The notes below the pieces were generated by a model. That model worked only from the letters and a program-made list of their open reading frames with translations, had not been told where the DNA came from and did no database searches. From Candidatus Saccharimonadota bacterium (GTDB lineage: Bacteria; Patescibacteriota; Gracilibacteria; UBA4473), in NCBI GenBank assembly GCA_030429505.1, contig JAUIFI010000001.1, forward strand, positions 150,001-182,000: 32,000 nucleotides of DNA, given 5' to 3'. This document shows, one piece after another, positions 8,702-17,495 of the stretch (position 1 is its first letter; every line of letters begins with the position of its first letter). A program made the position numbers and the translations under genes.

Positions 8702-10480
8702 ATGGAGAAGAAAAAACCATCTCTCATAAGAAAGACTCTTCAGTATCATTGGAATTATACTGTACCCTATAAGTGGAAGTTTTTAGGATATATTCTAGGC
8801 GAGACCGGAGCGACGTTGAGTGTTGGTGTCATTATGCCGATTTACTTCAAACGCTTTGTCGATACCCTTACGCAATCCGAAACTCTCGATGTAGATATAG
8901 TCGTTCAGAGCTTAATGATGCTTCTAATCTGGATAGGTTTTTGGTCTTTAACCAGTATTCTTTCACGTTTAGTAGCAGATATTTTTGTGACCTATAAAAA
9001 TCCATTCATTATAAGAGATATCGAAAATGATATCTTCAAAAGACTCCAAGGATTTTCCTATTCATTTTTTGTCTCTCATTTCATGGGAAGCTTAGTGGCC
9101 AAAATTAATCGTTTTAGCAACTCGTACCAATCATTAAGCTTTCAGTTTACGCGTGGGATATATCCGATTGTTCTCCAGTTTATATTTACTATTGGTGTTA
9201 TATCAATGTTTTCGCCCTTGTTAGCGGTAATATTTTTCACCTGGGGAGTTCTTTTTACTGTGATGGTATTTTTTCTTCTCAAATGGAAAATGCCCTTAGA
9301 TCGGGCTCGGGCTACTGCCGAATCTAAGACCACCGCCACCTTAGCCGATAGTCTGACTAATTTTTTAAACGCGAAAATATTTACTCGCATTCCTCACGAA
9401 ATAAAGCATTTTGGAGCGGTTTCTCATGATAAAGCTCAGAAAATGTCCGCCAGCTGGATGAGAAGTACTGTTATTCACCTTCTGCAAGGAATATTAGTAG
9501 TAACAGTACAAGTGACGATGCTTTATGGAGGTATTCGTCTTTGGCAACAAGGTGTCATGAGCGTTGGAACCATTGTGCTCATCCAAACCTACCTTATAAA
9601 TATGGCTGCTCAACTGCTTCATTTAGGAGATATTTTAAAAATGATTTATCGAGCCTTTGCTGATAGTGAAGAAATGGTAGAACTACTTGAAACCATACCC
9701 GATATTCTCGATCCTTCAAAACCTGAAAAATGTAAAATTAAAAAAGGGGAGATAACATTTCAAAACGTTAATTTTACCTACAAAAAAGGAAAAAAAGTCT
9801 ATAAAGATTTTTCAATCAATATTCCTGCCGGACAAAAAGTCGGGCTGGTCGGACACTCAGGCTCAGGAAAATCTACCTTTACAAAGCTTCTCCTTCGATT
9901 TGTCGATGTAACAGAAGGTTCGATTGTTATCGACGGACAGGACATCCGTTTGATTACTCAGGATGATCTGCGAAAAAATATTGCCTATGTTCCCCAAGAT
10001 CCAATTCTTTTCCACCGATCGGTCGAAGAAAATATTTCCTACGGAAATGATAAAGCTACCCCAAAAGAAATTCTGACCGCTGCCCAAAAAGCTCATGCGC
10101 ACGAATTTATTTCCAAACTGCCTGATAGCTACCAAACTTTAGTAGGGGAGAGGGGCGTGAAATTATCCGGTGGAGAACGTCAGCGAGTAGCTATTGCTCG
10201 AGCTATGCTCAAACAGTCTCCTATTTTGGTTTTAGATGAAGCTACCAGCTCCTTAGACACTTTGAGCGAAAAGTATATCCAAGAAGCCTTTGATACTTTA
10301 ATGAAAGGGAGAACTACCATCGTCGTAGCTCACAGGCTTTCCACCATCAAAAAAATGGACCGCATTATAGTCTTTGATCAAGGATGCATCGTCGAAGAGG
10401 GAACTCACGATCAACTCCTTAAAAAATCAGGAACGTATAAAAAACTCTGGACTCATCAAACCGACAGCTTTATTGAATAG
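8702..10480 (+). CDS. ABC exporter, fused permease/ATPase half-transporter (MsbA/type-I exporter-like)
   Basis: 592 aa. About 6 TM N-terminal domain. Walker A GHSGSGKST, signature LSGGERQR, Walker B ILVLDEATS, H-loop VAHRLST. Confidence 0.9.
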   Translation: MEKKKPSLIRKTLQYHWNYTVPYKWKFLGYILGETGATLSVGVIMPIYFKRFVDTLTQSETLDVDIVVQSLMMLLIWIGFWSLTSILSRLVADIFVTYKNPFIIRDIENDIFKRLQGFSYSFFVSHFMGSLVAKINRFSNSYQSLSFQFTRGIYPIVLQFIFTIGVISMFSPLLAVIFFTWGVLFTVMVFFLLKWKMPLDRARATAESKTTATLADSLTNFLNAKIFTRIPHEIKHFGAVSHDKAQKMSASWMRSTVIHLLQGILVVTVQVTMLYGGIRLWQQGVMSVGTIVLIQTYLINMAAQLLHLGDILKMIYRAFADSEEMVELLETIPDILDPSKPEKCKIKKGEITFQNVNFTYKKGKKVYKDFSINIPAGQKVGLVGHSGSGKSTFTKLLLRFVDVTEGSIVIDGQDIRLITQDDLRKNIAYVPQDPILFHRSVEENISYGNDKATPKEILTAAQKAHAHEFISKLPDSYQTLVGERGVKLSGGERQRVAIARAMLKQSPILVLDEATSSLDTLSEKYIQEAFDTLMKGRTTIVVAHRLSTIKKMDRIIVFDQGCIVEEGTHDQLLKKSGTYKKLWTHQTDSFIE

Positions 10481-10481
10481 G

Positions 10482-10507
10482 TCACAGTATTGATTGTGAA
10501 TTTTTTT
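10482..10507 (+). terminator. Weak candidate intrinsic terminator after the ABC gene
   Basis: TCACA(G)...(T)TGTGA short stem (10482-10499) followed by ATTTTTTT. The stem is only 5-6 bp. It overlaps the -35 of the next promoter. Confidence 0.3.
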
Positions 10508-10533
10508 GACATAAGGATGTTTTGTCATACAAT
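10506..10533 (+). promoter_or_regulatory. Sigma70-type promoter of the S1 gene (long leader)
   Basis: TTGACA (10506-10511), 16-nt spacer, TACAAT (10528-10533). This leaves a leader of about 90 nt before the ATG at 10629. Confidence 0.55.
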
Positions 10534-10628
10534 CCTTCTACGTTTTCTGCTTTTACTAGATACAGCGCGACTAATAAAAGATCAGAAAAAGTTGTAAAAA
10601 ACATCTAAAATTCGCGCACATTATACCC

Positions 10629-11711
10629 ATGGCAAATCAAGCAATGGATGATCTCCTCACGCAAGATAAAGGAGGCATTTTATTATACCGAGCAGGGGAT
10701 ACTATTCAAGGTATCGTGCTCGACCTCAATAAATCTCGTATTTTATTAGAACTCGAAGGCGGATTGACCGGAATCATTACCAAAAAGGAAATGGTCGGAT
10801 ATGGAAACAATGATGAGATAACCGTTGGATCAACTCTCGAATCAGTAGTGCTTGACCCAGAAAACGAACAAGGACTCGTTGTACTCTCTCTCAAAAGAGC
10901 TTCTCAGGACATGGTGTGGGCAGACCTCAATACCCTTATGAGTGAGGAGCGCATCGTAACCGTAAAAATTTATGAAGCTAATAAAGGAGGGCTTATGGCT
11001 AATTTTAAAGGTCTTAAGTGTTTTCTTCCTGTTTCACAGCTTACTCCACTTAATTATCCTCGAGTTGACGGTGCTGAAGCCAGCCAAATTTTGAAAAAAT
11101 TACAAGAGCATGTCGGGAAAGAATTCGCCGTTCGTGTTATCAATGTGGACCGAGAAAACGGCAAAGTAATCATTTCTGAAAAAGCTGCTCATCAACAACA
11201 AATTAAAGACACTCTCAAGACTCTCAAAGAAGGGGATACCACGAAAGGGGAGGTCTCCGGAGTACTCAAATACGGTATCTTTGTTACTTTTGGAGGAGTG
11301 GAAGGTCTTGTTCATTTATCAGAACTCGATTGGGGGCACATCTCTGATCCATCAAAACACTATAAGCTGGGCGACAAGGTCGACGTTATGGTGATTGGTA
11401 TTGATGGTGACAAATTATCACTTTCTATGAAAAGACTTACCGATGACCCTTGGAAAGATAGAGTAAAAGATTACGAAGTCGGACAAAATGTAACCGGAAA
11501 AGTCGTGCGTTGGAATTCACAAGGTGTTTTTATTGAAATTTCTGAAGACGTCCAAGGACTTTTTCTTCTCGAAGTTTTTGATGTCGAAGACTATAACGAA
11601 CTATCAGTACAAGAAGGGGACGAACTCGAAGGAATCATCGAAGAAATTAATTACGACTCTCATCGTTTAGAGCTTAAAAAAGCTGATGCCAAGAAAACTA
11701 AGAAAAAATAG
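10629..11711 (+). CDS. rpsA: Ribosomal protein S1-like protein with four S1 domains
   Basis: 360 aa. Four repeats of the S1 OB-fold pattern (GDTIQGIVLDL..., VTVKIYEANKGGLMANFKGLKCFLPVSQL, GDTTKGEVSGVLKYGIFVTFGGVEGLVHLSEL, GQNVTGKVVRWNSQGVFIEI). Confidence 0.85.
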   Translation: MANQAMDDLLTQDKGGILLYRAGDTIQGIVLDLNKSRILLELEGGLTGIITKKEMVGYGNNDEITVGSTLESVVLDPENEQGLVVLSLKRASQDMVWADLNTLMSEERIVTVKIYEANKGGLMANFKGLKCFLPVSQLTPLNYPRVDGAEASQILKKLQEHVGKEFAVRVINVDRENGKVIISEKAAHQQQIKDTLKTLKEGDTTKGEVSGVLKYGIFVTFGGVEGLVHLSELDWGHISDPSKHYKLGDKVDVMVIGIDGDKLSLSMKRLTDDPWKDRVKDYEVGQNVTGKVVRWNSQGVFIEISEDVQGLFLLEVFDVEDYNELSVQEGDELEGIIEEINYDSHRLELKKADAKKTKKK

Positions 11712-11982
11712 AAACATTCCCATCAGAACATGTTTAGTCACCGGACAAAAGGCGGAGCAATCCGCTTTTTTTCGGTTTACAGTGCGGGATGGGATGCTCG
11801 TTTTTGATGATCAAAAAAAGTATTCAGGAAGAGGGGGGTATGTAATCAAAGATGAAAAAGCACTGGAGAAACTATCACACTTAGAGAAAAAACTTACTCA
11901 TTTCCTACGCACAACAGTCAAAATTGATCAAAAAGCCATAGAAGAGCAGAAGCAACTATTGTCCACTAAAACTTCCAGATAA
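11686..11982 (+). CDS. ylxR: YlxR/RnpM (DUF448) family RNA-binding protein
   Basis: 98 aa. N-terminal PIRTCLVTGQK...FFRF and a later GRGGYV match the YlxR family pattern (R-x-C-x-x-C/T..., GRG-x-Y). The only in-frame ATG overlaps the S1 gene 3' end by 26 nt. Confidence 0.75.
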   Translation: MPRKLRKNRNIPIRTCLVTGQKAEQSAFFRFTVRDGMLVFDDQKKYSGRGGYVIKDEKALEKLSHLEKKLTHFLRTTVKIDQKAIEEQKQLLSTKTSR

Positions 11983-12021
11983 AAATAGTTTTAGTTGAGG
12001 AAACGTGAAAAATATGCTATC

Positions 12022-13704
12022 ATGAAGGGATTTTTCCCTATGAAACATTTTTTTAAGCATTTTTCCTCATTATCATCTTCAAGGTTAAGACAAAGCTTTA
12101 TTTATCAACAAGAAGATGTAGAAAAAGAGAAAGGAATTAACACAGCTTCACAATCGAAAGATAATCCTTCCCCACAAAATACAGCCGAAATTTTATCTTC
12201 ACAAGTATCAATGGGAGTGCAGACTGTCATAGAAGATGCAGAAACAGAAAAAATGCTCGAACAAATATTAGATAGAGTCATATTGGAAGATTATGAACGA
12301 ATCGATGAAGGAGAAAATGGAATCATTGGAATAGTTAATTTAGAGAAACTTAAAAACGATTTTAACGAACAAATTAATACAGATTTAGAAAGAGACCTTG
12401 AACCAGAACAAATAGATGAATTTTTTAATCGTAGTTTGGGCATTTCTTCTGAATCAACAGAAACCAGAATGGCATTGAAAATGCTCAAAATATATTCAGA
12501 AGAAGCTGGAGAAAAAGAAGTTAAAATGCAGAAAATCGCACATAACATCGTCCAAAAAGAAAAAGAAAAAAATCCAAATAAAAGCTATGCAGACATTCCT
12601 CAAATTCATTTACACTCATCAGTCAATATCGATCCTGACTCAAATATAGCTAAAAAATTAGAAAAAGATCATGTAAAAATTGAAGAAGGAAAAGCGTATA
12701 TAGTCGCTATGGATTATGTACCAGGGGCAGATTTTATGACCTATGTATATAGAAAAGTTCTTATTGCTAGCAATATTTCAGAAGATATATGTGAAAATAT
12801 GTCATTAGGAGAGTTGGAAACTCGCATATCAGATTTACGAATTATCCGAGATTTTTCCATTCCTCAGATAAAAGAAGGAGAAGATTTAAGGCTAAAAAGA
12901 TACGAAGTAAATCATCAGAATATAAAAAAGTGTCTCGCATATTTATCAAAAGAAAAAGGTTTTAATATAAACAAAGAAATTCCAGAACAACTTAGAAATA
13001 CACTTAATGCTTTGCATTACAATGGAATAGCTCATTTAGACCTTCATCCAAGAAATGTAATTATTTCTGGGGGAAAAGATATTTTTGTCATTGATTTTGG
13101 GATGTCTCAAGAGTTTAGAATTACAGACAATAATCCCCAACAAAGCTTAGAAGGTGTATACAGCGAAAAATCAAAAGACAGAGAAAGATTTGTAAGAGAT
13201 GATGTTATTTTAGCTCTTATAGAAAAAGGGTCTGTTACAAAATCAGAAAAAGAAAATGAAGAAAAAACCAAGTTTTTTAATAATTTCTATAATCCACTTC
13301 ATGGAATATTAGAAAAAATAAATGCAGAAGATCCCAATACAAATAAAAAAATGAAAGAAAGATATGCCATGCTTATAGATTCTGGCGATGATCAAGATGA
13401 TGATGAAGGTGAGTTAGGAATCAAACAAATTAAAACGAAATATGAAAAAGAAGATTGGATAGAATGGTTTGACGACCTAATAAAAGATTTTATTCCAGGC
13501 GATCTTTTTGGGGGAGATCAGGAAATGCAGTGGAATCTTAGAATCGCACTACTTGAAAAACTATGTACCGAAAATAAAATCCCTCGGGAAGAATTTTTAG
13601 ATTACTTGGACTCGCTACGTAACGAAAAACAACCACAATTTATACAAAATCAAAGAGATAAATTGCTCCGTTATTGGAGAGAAGAAATAGAAAATATTGA
13701 ATAA
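12022..13704 (+). CDS. Atypical protein-kinase-like fold protein (catalytic HxDLHPxN and DFG motifs) with long N- and C-terminal extensions
   Basis: The tracked ORF starts at TTG 11995. The first ATG is 12022 (alternative 12040), so the start is uncertain. Motifs: HLDLHPRN (13033-13056) and IDFG (through 13101), hinge-like YIVAMDYVPG, possible Gly loop DEGENGIIGIV and Lys in RMALKML. Confidence 0.6.
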   Translation: MKGFFPMKHFFKHFSSLSSSRLRQSFIYQQEDVEKEKGINTASQSKDNPSPQNTAEILSSQVSMGVQTVIEDAETEKMLEQILDRVILEDYERIDEGENGIIGIVNLEKLKNDFNEQINTDLERDLEPEQIDEFFNRSLGISSESTETRMALKMLKIYSEEAGEKEVKMQKIAHNIVQKEKEKNPNKSYADIPQIHLHSSVNIDPDSNIAKKLEKDHVKIEEGKAYIVAMDYVPGADFMTYVYRKVLIASNISEDICENMSLGELETRISDLRIIRDFSIPQIKEGEDLRLKRYEVNHQNIKKCLAYLSKEKGFNINKEIPEQLRNTLNALHYNGIAHLDLHPRNVIISGGKDIFVIDFGMSQEFRITDNNPQQSLEGVYSEKSKDRERFVRDDVILALIEKGSVTKSEKENEEKTKFFNNFYNPLHGILEKINAEDPNTNKKMKERYAMLIDSGDDQDDDEGELGIKQIKTKYEKEDWIEWFDDLIKDFIPGDLFGGDQEMQWNLRIALLEKLCTENKIPREEFLDYLDSLRNEKQPQFIQNQRDKLLRYWREEIENIE

Positions 13705-13737
13705 AAAAAGTATTCAAAAATTTATTTTGTACAAAAA

Positions 13738-13765
13738 AGGCTTCTTCTTTACTAAGGAGAAGCCT
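13738..13765 (-). terminator. Intrinsic terminator hairpin between convergent genes
   Basis: AGGCTTCTTCTT / AAGGAGAAGCCT, an 11-bp stem (one G-U) with a TACT loop. Flanked by A6 on the plus strand, which gives a U-tract for the minus-strand transcript of 13788-14858. There is no U-tract for the plus-strand transcript. Confidence 0.5.
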
Positions 13766-13787
13766 CAAAAAACATGAAATTTAACAC

Positions 13788-14858
13788 TCAATGTCTACCC
13801 ATATGAGCCCACTGTTCCAAAAATATTCCTATAGGAGTATCTAGGGTGAGCCATATCCAGCCTCGAAAAATAACGAACCAGACAGCAGCTAGCGGGAATG
13901 AGTATTTTGCATATATCCACCATTGTCGACCAGTGGTGAATAACATGACTCCTACGAGAGAACTTATAGGTAGTAGCATAGCACCGGTACTAAGAGTACA
14001 AACTCTTATCCAGAAATGTACTGATGGATCCTCATATAAAGGTCCCCACAATACAGCTTGGATTCCAGCAGGAATAATGGGAAGAAACTCCCCACTACCA
14101 AACCCGGAAGGTTCGATTATATGACTTACCAACCATTCTCCACCCACAAGAGCAATAATCAACACCAACATTACATTGACCTCTGTATGATGCTTCCATG
14201 AATCAAGTAGGTGATTCTCTTGCCGAGTCACAGCTGAATATATAAGAAGCCAACCAAGACAAATTAATGGGTTATGAGTGACAATAAGCAAGATAATGCC
14301 AGCAAAGAATTCGAGGACGTCCCGCTTATTTTGTTTACTATAGCCTAGCTCAATATCTATCTTTAATCTATTGCCTAACCACCCTAGAATCACCAAGAAT
14401 ATGATTACAGGCGGTATAATATAAAGAGCTGAGAGGAATCCTGTCCTGCCATCATTTTGGAACAAACCGGCAGCATACGCTTCTCCAAACCATAGGCATA
14501 GCCCTCCAATCAGAGCAGAAAACGTACAAAGGACTAAAAACTTGATTCGCTCTTCTTCTCTTTCTTGTGTTGTTTTGAAATTTTTAAGCTGCATCAAAAC
14601 AATAAAAGAATCCAAGAGAGCAGAAGCAAATCCTGCTACAACTACCTGACGAAATTTTGAACGAAAGGTTGGCATTGCTACCGGAGCAATACCAATCAAA
14701 AGACCAAGAAAGATTATCAGTATGATAAGTTTTCCTACAGAGGGCAATCCCGTGTAGACAGAATCAGAAAAACAAACCATACAAATACCAAGAACAAGTA
14801 TCAAACCATGTTCAAGCTTGAGGGGAGTAAATTCTCCATTTTTAAAGATCCATTTCAA
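13788..14858 (-). CDS. Polytopic integral membrane protein (about 10 TM), function unassigned (possible permease)
   Basis: 356-aa ORF, hydrophobic throughout. Strong SD (AAAGGAGG about 12 nt upstream of the ATG at 14858). I recognise no diagnostic motif. Confidence 0.65.
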   Translation of the reverse strand: MKWIFKNGEFTPLKLEHGLILVLGICMVCFSDSVYTGLPSVGKLIILIIFLGLLIGIAPVAMPTFRSKFRQVVVAGFASALLDSFIVLMQLKNFKTTQEREEERIKFLVLCTFSALIGGLCLWFGEAYAAGLFQNDGRTGFLSALYIIPPVIIFLVILGWLGNRLKIDIELGYSKQNKRDVLEFFAGIILLIVTHNPLICLGWLLIYSAVTRQENHLLDSWKHHTEVNVMLVLIIALVGGEWLVSHIIEPSGFGSGEFLPIIPAGIQAVLWGPLYEDPSVHFWIRVCTLSTGAMLLPISSLVGVMLFTTGRQWWIYAKYSFPLAAVWFVIFRGWIWLTLDTPIGIFLEQWAHMGRH

Positions 14859-15104
14859 AACACACCTCCTTTAAGCAGTCTACAAGATGATAGATAATCT
14901 ATGTAATTTAATCTATTGAGTGTTCTTGAATTTCAAAGAACAAACCTTTTCAATGAACTTTGCATTTTCCTACAATGTATAAGTACATAAAAAGATTAGT
15001 ATTTATTTAAATAAAAAAATACAAAAGTCAATTAAAAAAATATTAAAAAATTGTCAAAAAAGTTCCTATTGCCCTTTCTGCCTCAATAATTCATACTACA
15101 TTTG

Positions 15105-16151
15105 ATGGTTATCCAGGAAGACCGTTCCCTCAAAGACAAAGATCAATCGCTCGTTTCTCCTCAAAATATAGATGAGGCCGATGCCTTTGAAAACTCTCTC
15201 CGTCCCAAAGATTTCAATAACTATATCGGACAGAGTGAGGTCAAAAATAATCTTAAAATCTTCTGCCAAGCCTCTAAAAAGAGGGGGGAATCACTCGATC
15301 ATACACTTTTCTATGGTCCACCGGGATTAGGTAAAACCACCTTGTCACTCATTCTCGCTCAGGAAATGGGTGCTCAATTACGCATTACTTCTGGCCCTGC
15401 TCTAGAAAAACCTGGAGATCTTGCAGCCATTCTTACCAGCCTTAAAGAAAATGATTTCCTATTTATAGATGAGATCCATCGTTTACGTCATACCGTCGAA
15501 GAAGTTCTCTACACCGCGATGGAAGATTTTGCCATTGATTTGGTAGTCGGAAAAGGTCCTACCGCTCGTACTATGAGACTCAAAATACCACGTTTTACTT
15601 TAGTCGGAGCTACGACCAAAGCTTCCATGTTAGCAGGACCCCTGCGAGACCGATTTGGTCATGTAGAGAGACTTCGATTTTATACACCTCCAGAAATTCA
15701 AGAGATTCTCGAGCGATCCGCTCACATTTTAGACATTACCCTCAAAAAAGACGCGGCTCAAAAACTTTCCTACTGTGCCAGAAAAACTCCCAGAGTGGCA
15801 AATCGGTTACTACGACGAATGAGAGATTTTGCAGAGATACTTCACGAAGGAACCATAACCACCGAAGTCATTACCAACGGATTAGAAAACTTATCTATTG
15901 ATGAAAGGGGATTGGACCATTCAGATCAACTTTTTCTTCGAACCATGTGCGAAAAATTCAACGGGGGACCAGTCGGACTCTCCACCATCGCTGCCAGTAT
16001 GGGAGAAGAAGAAAATACCGTCGAAGATATGATTGAACCATTCCTCCTCCAAGAAGGGTTTTTGAAAAAAACCGCTCGAGGACGAGTCGTTACTGATCAA
16101 GCATTTGATCATTTGAATATTCCTTACACTAGACAGCATAAACAATTATGA
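15105..16151 (+). CDS. ruvB: Holliday junction branch-migration helicase RuvB
   Basis: [12 protein letters not shown], Walker [10 protein letters not shown], Walker B FIDEIHRL, sensor and arginine-finger regions, winged-helix C-terminus. The tracked ORF begins at TTG 15102; the ATG at 15105 is more likely. Confidence 0.95.
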   Translation: MVIQEDRSLKDKDQSLVSPQNIDEADAFENSLRPKDFNNYIGQSEVKNNLKIFCQASKKRGESLDHTLFYGPPGLGKTTLSLILAQEMGAQLRITSGPALEKPGDLAAILTSLKENDFLFIDEIHRLRHTVEEVLYTAMEDFAIDLVVGKGPTARTMRLKIPRFTLVGATTKASMLAGPLRDRFGHVERLRFYTPPEIQEILERSAHILDITLKKDAAQKLSYCARKTPRVANRLLRRMRDFAEILHEGTITTEVITNGLENLSIDERGLDHSDQLFLRTMCEKFNGGPVGLSTIAASMGEEENTVEDMIEPFLLQEGFLKKTARGRVVTDQAFDHLNIPYTRQHKQL

Positions 16152-16156
16152 TAAAA

Positions 16157-16189
16157 AACGGATATTTGTTGTACACAAACATCCGTTTT
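16157..16189. terminator. Bidirectional intrinsic terminator between ruvB and the desaturase gene
   Basis: AACGGATATTTGT-TGTAC-ACAAACATCCGTT hairpin (one mismatch), with A6 upstream and TTTTCTC downstream, so either transcript gets a U-tract. Confidence 0.6.
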
Positions 16190-16223
16190 CTCAATCGTCT
16201 TAAAATCACTTGCTTTAGTTTGT

Positions 16224-17495
16224 TTAAAAAGTTTCAACAGCTTTCGTTCTAGCAGCAGCCTTTGCCAATATCCGTTTTGCTTCTTCCACGGGTTGTTGTA
16301 GCTTTTCTTCGGGAATACGCAGATACTTCGCTTGTGCGAGAACAAGTTTTGCTTTCTTTTTCTCATTAATGGGGCCAACTTTCGATAATCCCATTTTTGA
16401 TGTCAAAGCGATAGTACGTTGAATTGGGTCGTAATCCCATGTCCAAACCTCTGTCCACCATTGCATCTCATTATCATGATGAGTGCCATGACGGAGAATT
16501 TCTCCTATATCAACGCCCAAAATCCCAAAAAATCGACTAAAACGCGCTACAAAATAGTAGGCGTTGGTGGGACTAGTTTCCTCGTTTGGATGAAAGCCGA
16601 AGCAGTGTGCCAAACTATTGACCAGGAAAGTAACCTGATGAGAATAAAACATCCGCACAATAGCGACTACCACACCCTCAACCACATTAACCCACAGCGG
16701 AATATCAAGTGAAAAAAATGCTTGAAAGCCAACTTGTATCCCCACCAAAAGAGCTACGGGAATAACCAAGCCAAAGATCAGTAATAAAGGCGTATAATAC
16801 CGATTTTGAAACATGACCACCGGATTTTTTTGAAGCCGTTGTTCTTGTTTCTCTATATCCCTTATTTCTTCCTCCGAAAAATTTCGGAAATCATCACGAA
16901 AATTATCATTTTTCTTATCGCGAAGTACCCACCATATGTGGGCAAAAAGAAAACCTCGCGTAAAAGAATATGGGTCCTTCCACATATCATCCACCCAGCG
17001 ATGGTGGCAATAGTGATCAACAGCCCATTTTATAATGGAGTTCTCTGCAGCAGCAGCTCCCCAACAAGCATACCAGTATTGAAGAAACCTTCCTGCTCGA
17101 TAGGAAGGATGACTCCAAAGCCTATGGTAACCAGCACCAATAGCAGTTCCCACTAAATGATGCATAAATCTAATTACCAAAAGACTAGTAATAGCATGAA
17201 GAAGAACAACTTTCCAAGAGTAAAGAAAAAAGAATACTGGAGTAGAAAGAACAGCCCCAGTGGCAATCAGAGTCGTACCAATAAAAAACCATACTCGAAA
17301 CCAGTTCCATCCTCCATTTTCTTGAATAAAACGAACATTATCATGCCATCGTACCCTGCGTTTGGCTTGCCATTCTTTATTAAACAACAAACCAATGGCA
17401 TTGAATGCCATCAAAATCTTCCAAATATCTTTCCAAAGATACTTAGTCTCAGCCCACAATTTGCTGAGGAGTGAGGGGAAAAAAACATATCGCAT
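16224..17495 (-). CDS. Membrane fatty-acid (acyl-CoA/acyl-lipid) Delta9 desaturase family protein
   Basis: Three His boxes in stearoyl-CoA-desaturase order: GYHRLWSHPSY, WAVDHYCHHRW, GEILRHGTHHDN, plus NSLAHCFGFHP. I place the start at ATG 17495 (MRYVFF...) because GGAGGAAGAAT precedes it. The tracked ORF extends to 17555. Confidence 0.85.
   Translation of the reverse strand: MRYVFFPSLLSKLWAETKYLWKDIWKILMAFNAIGLLFNKEWQAKRRVRWHDNVRFIQENGGWNWFRVWFFIGTTLIATGAVLSTPVFFFLYSWKVVLLHAITSLLVIRFMHHLVGTAIGAGYHRLWSHPSYRAGRFLQYWYACWGAAAAENSIIKWAVDHYCHHRWVDDMWKDPYSFTRGFLFAHIWWVLRDKKNDNFRDDFRNFSEEEIRDIEKQEQRLQKNPVVMFQNRYYTPLLLIFGLVIPVALLVGIQVGFQAFFSLDIPLWVNVVEGVVVAIVRMFYSHQVTFLVNSLAHCFGFHPNEETSPTNAYYFVARFSRFFGILGVDIGEILRHGTHHDNEMQWWTEVWTWDYDPIQRTIALTSKMGLSKVGPINEKKKAKLVLAQAKYLRIPEEKLQQPVEEAKRILAKAAARTKAVETF

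Noticed and set aside
16419-17474. Plus-strand ORFs of 97-116 aa opposite the desaturase gene
   Set aside because: They are antisense shadows of a gene with intact His-box motifs. No independent signals support them.
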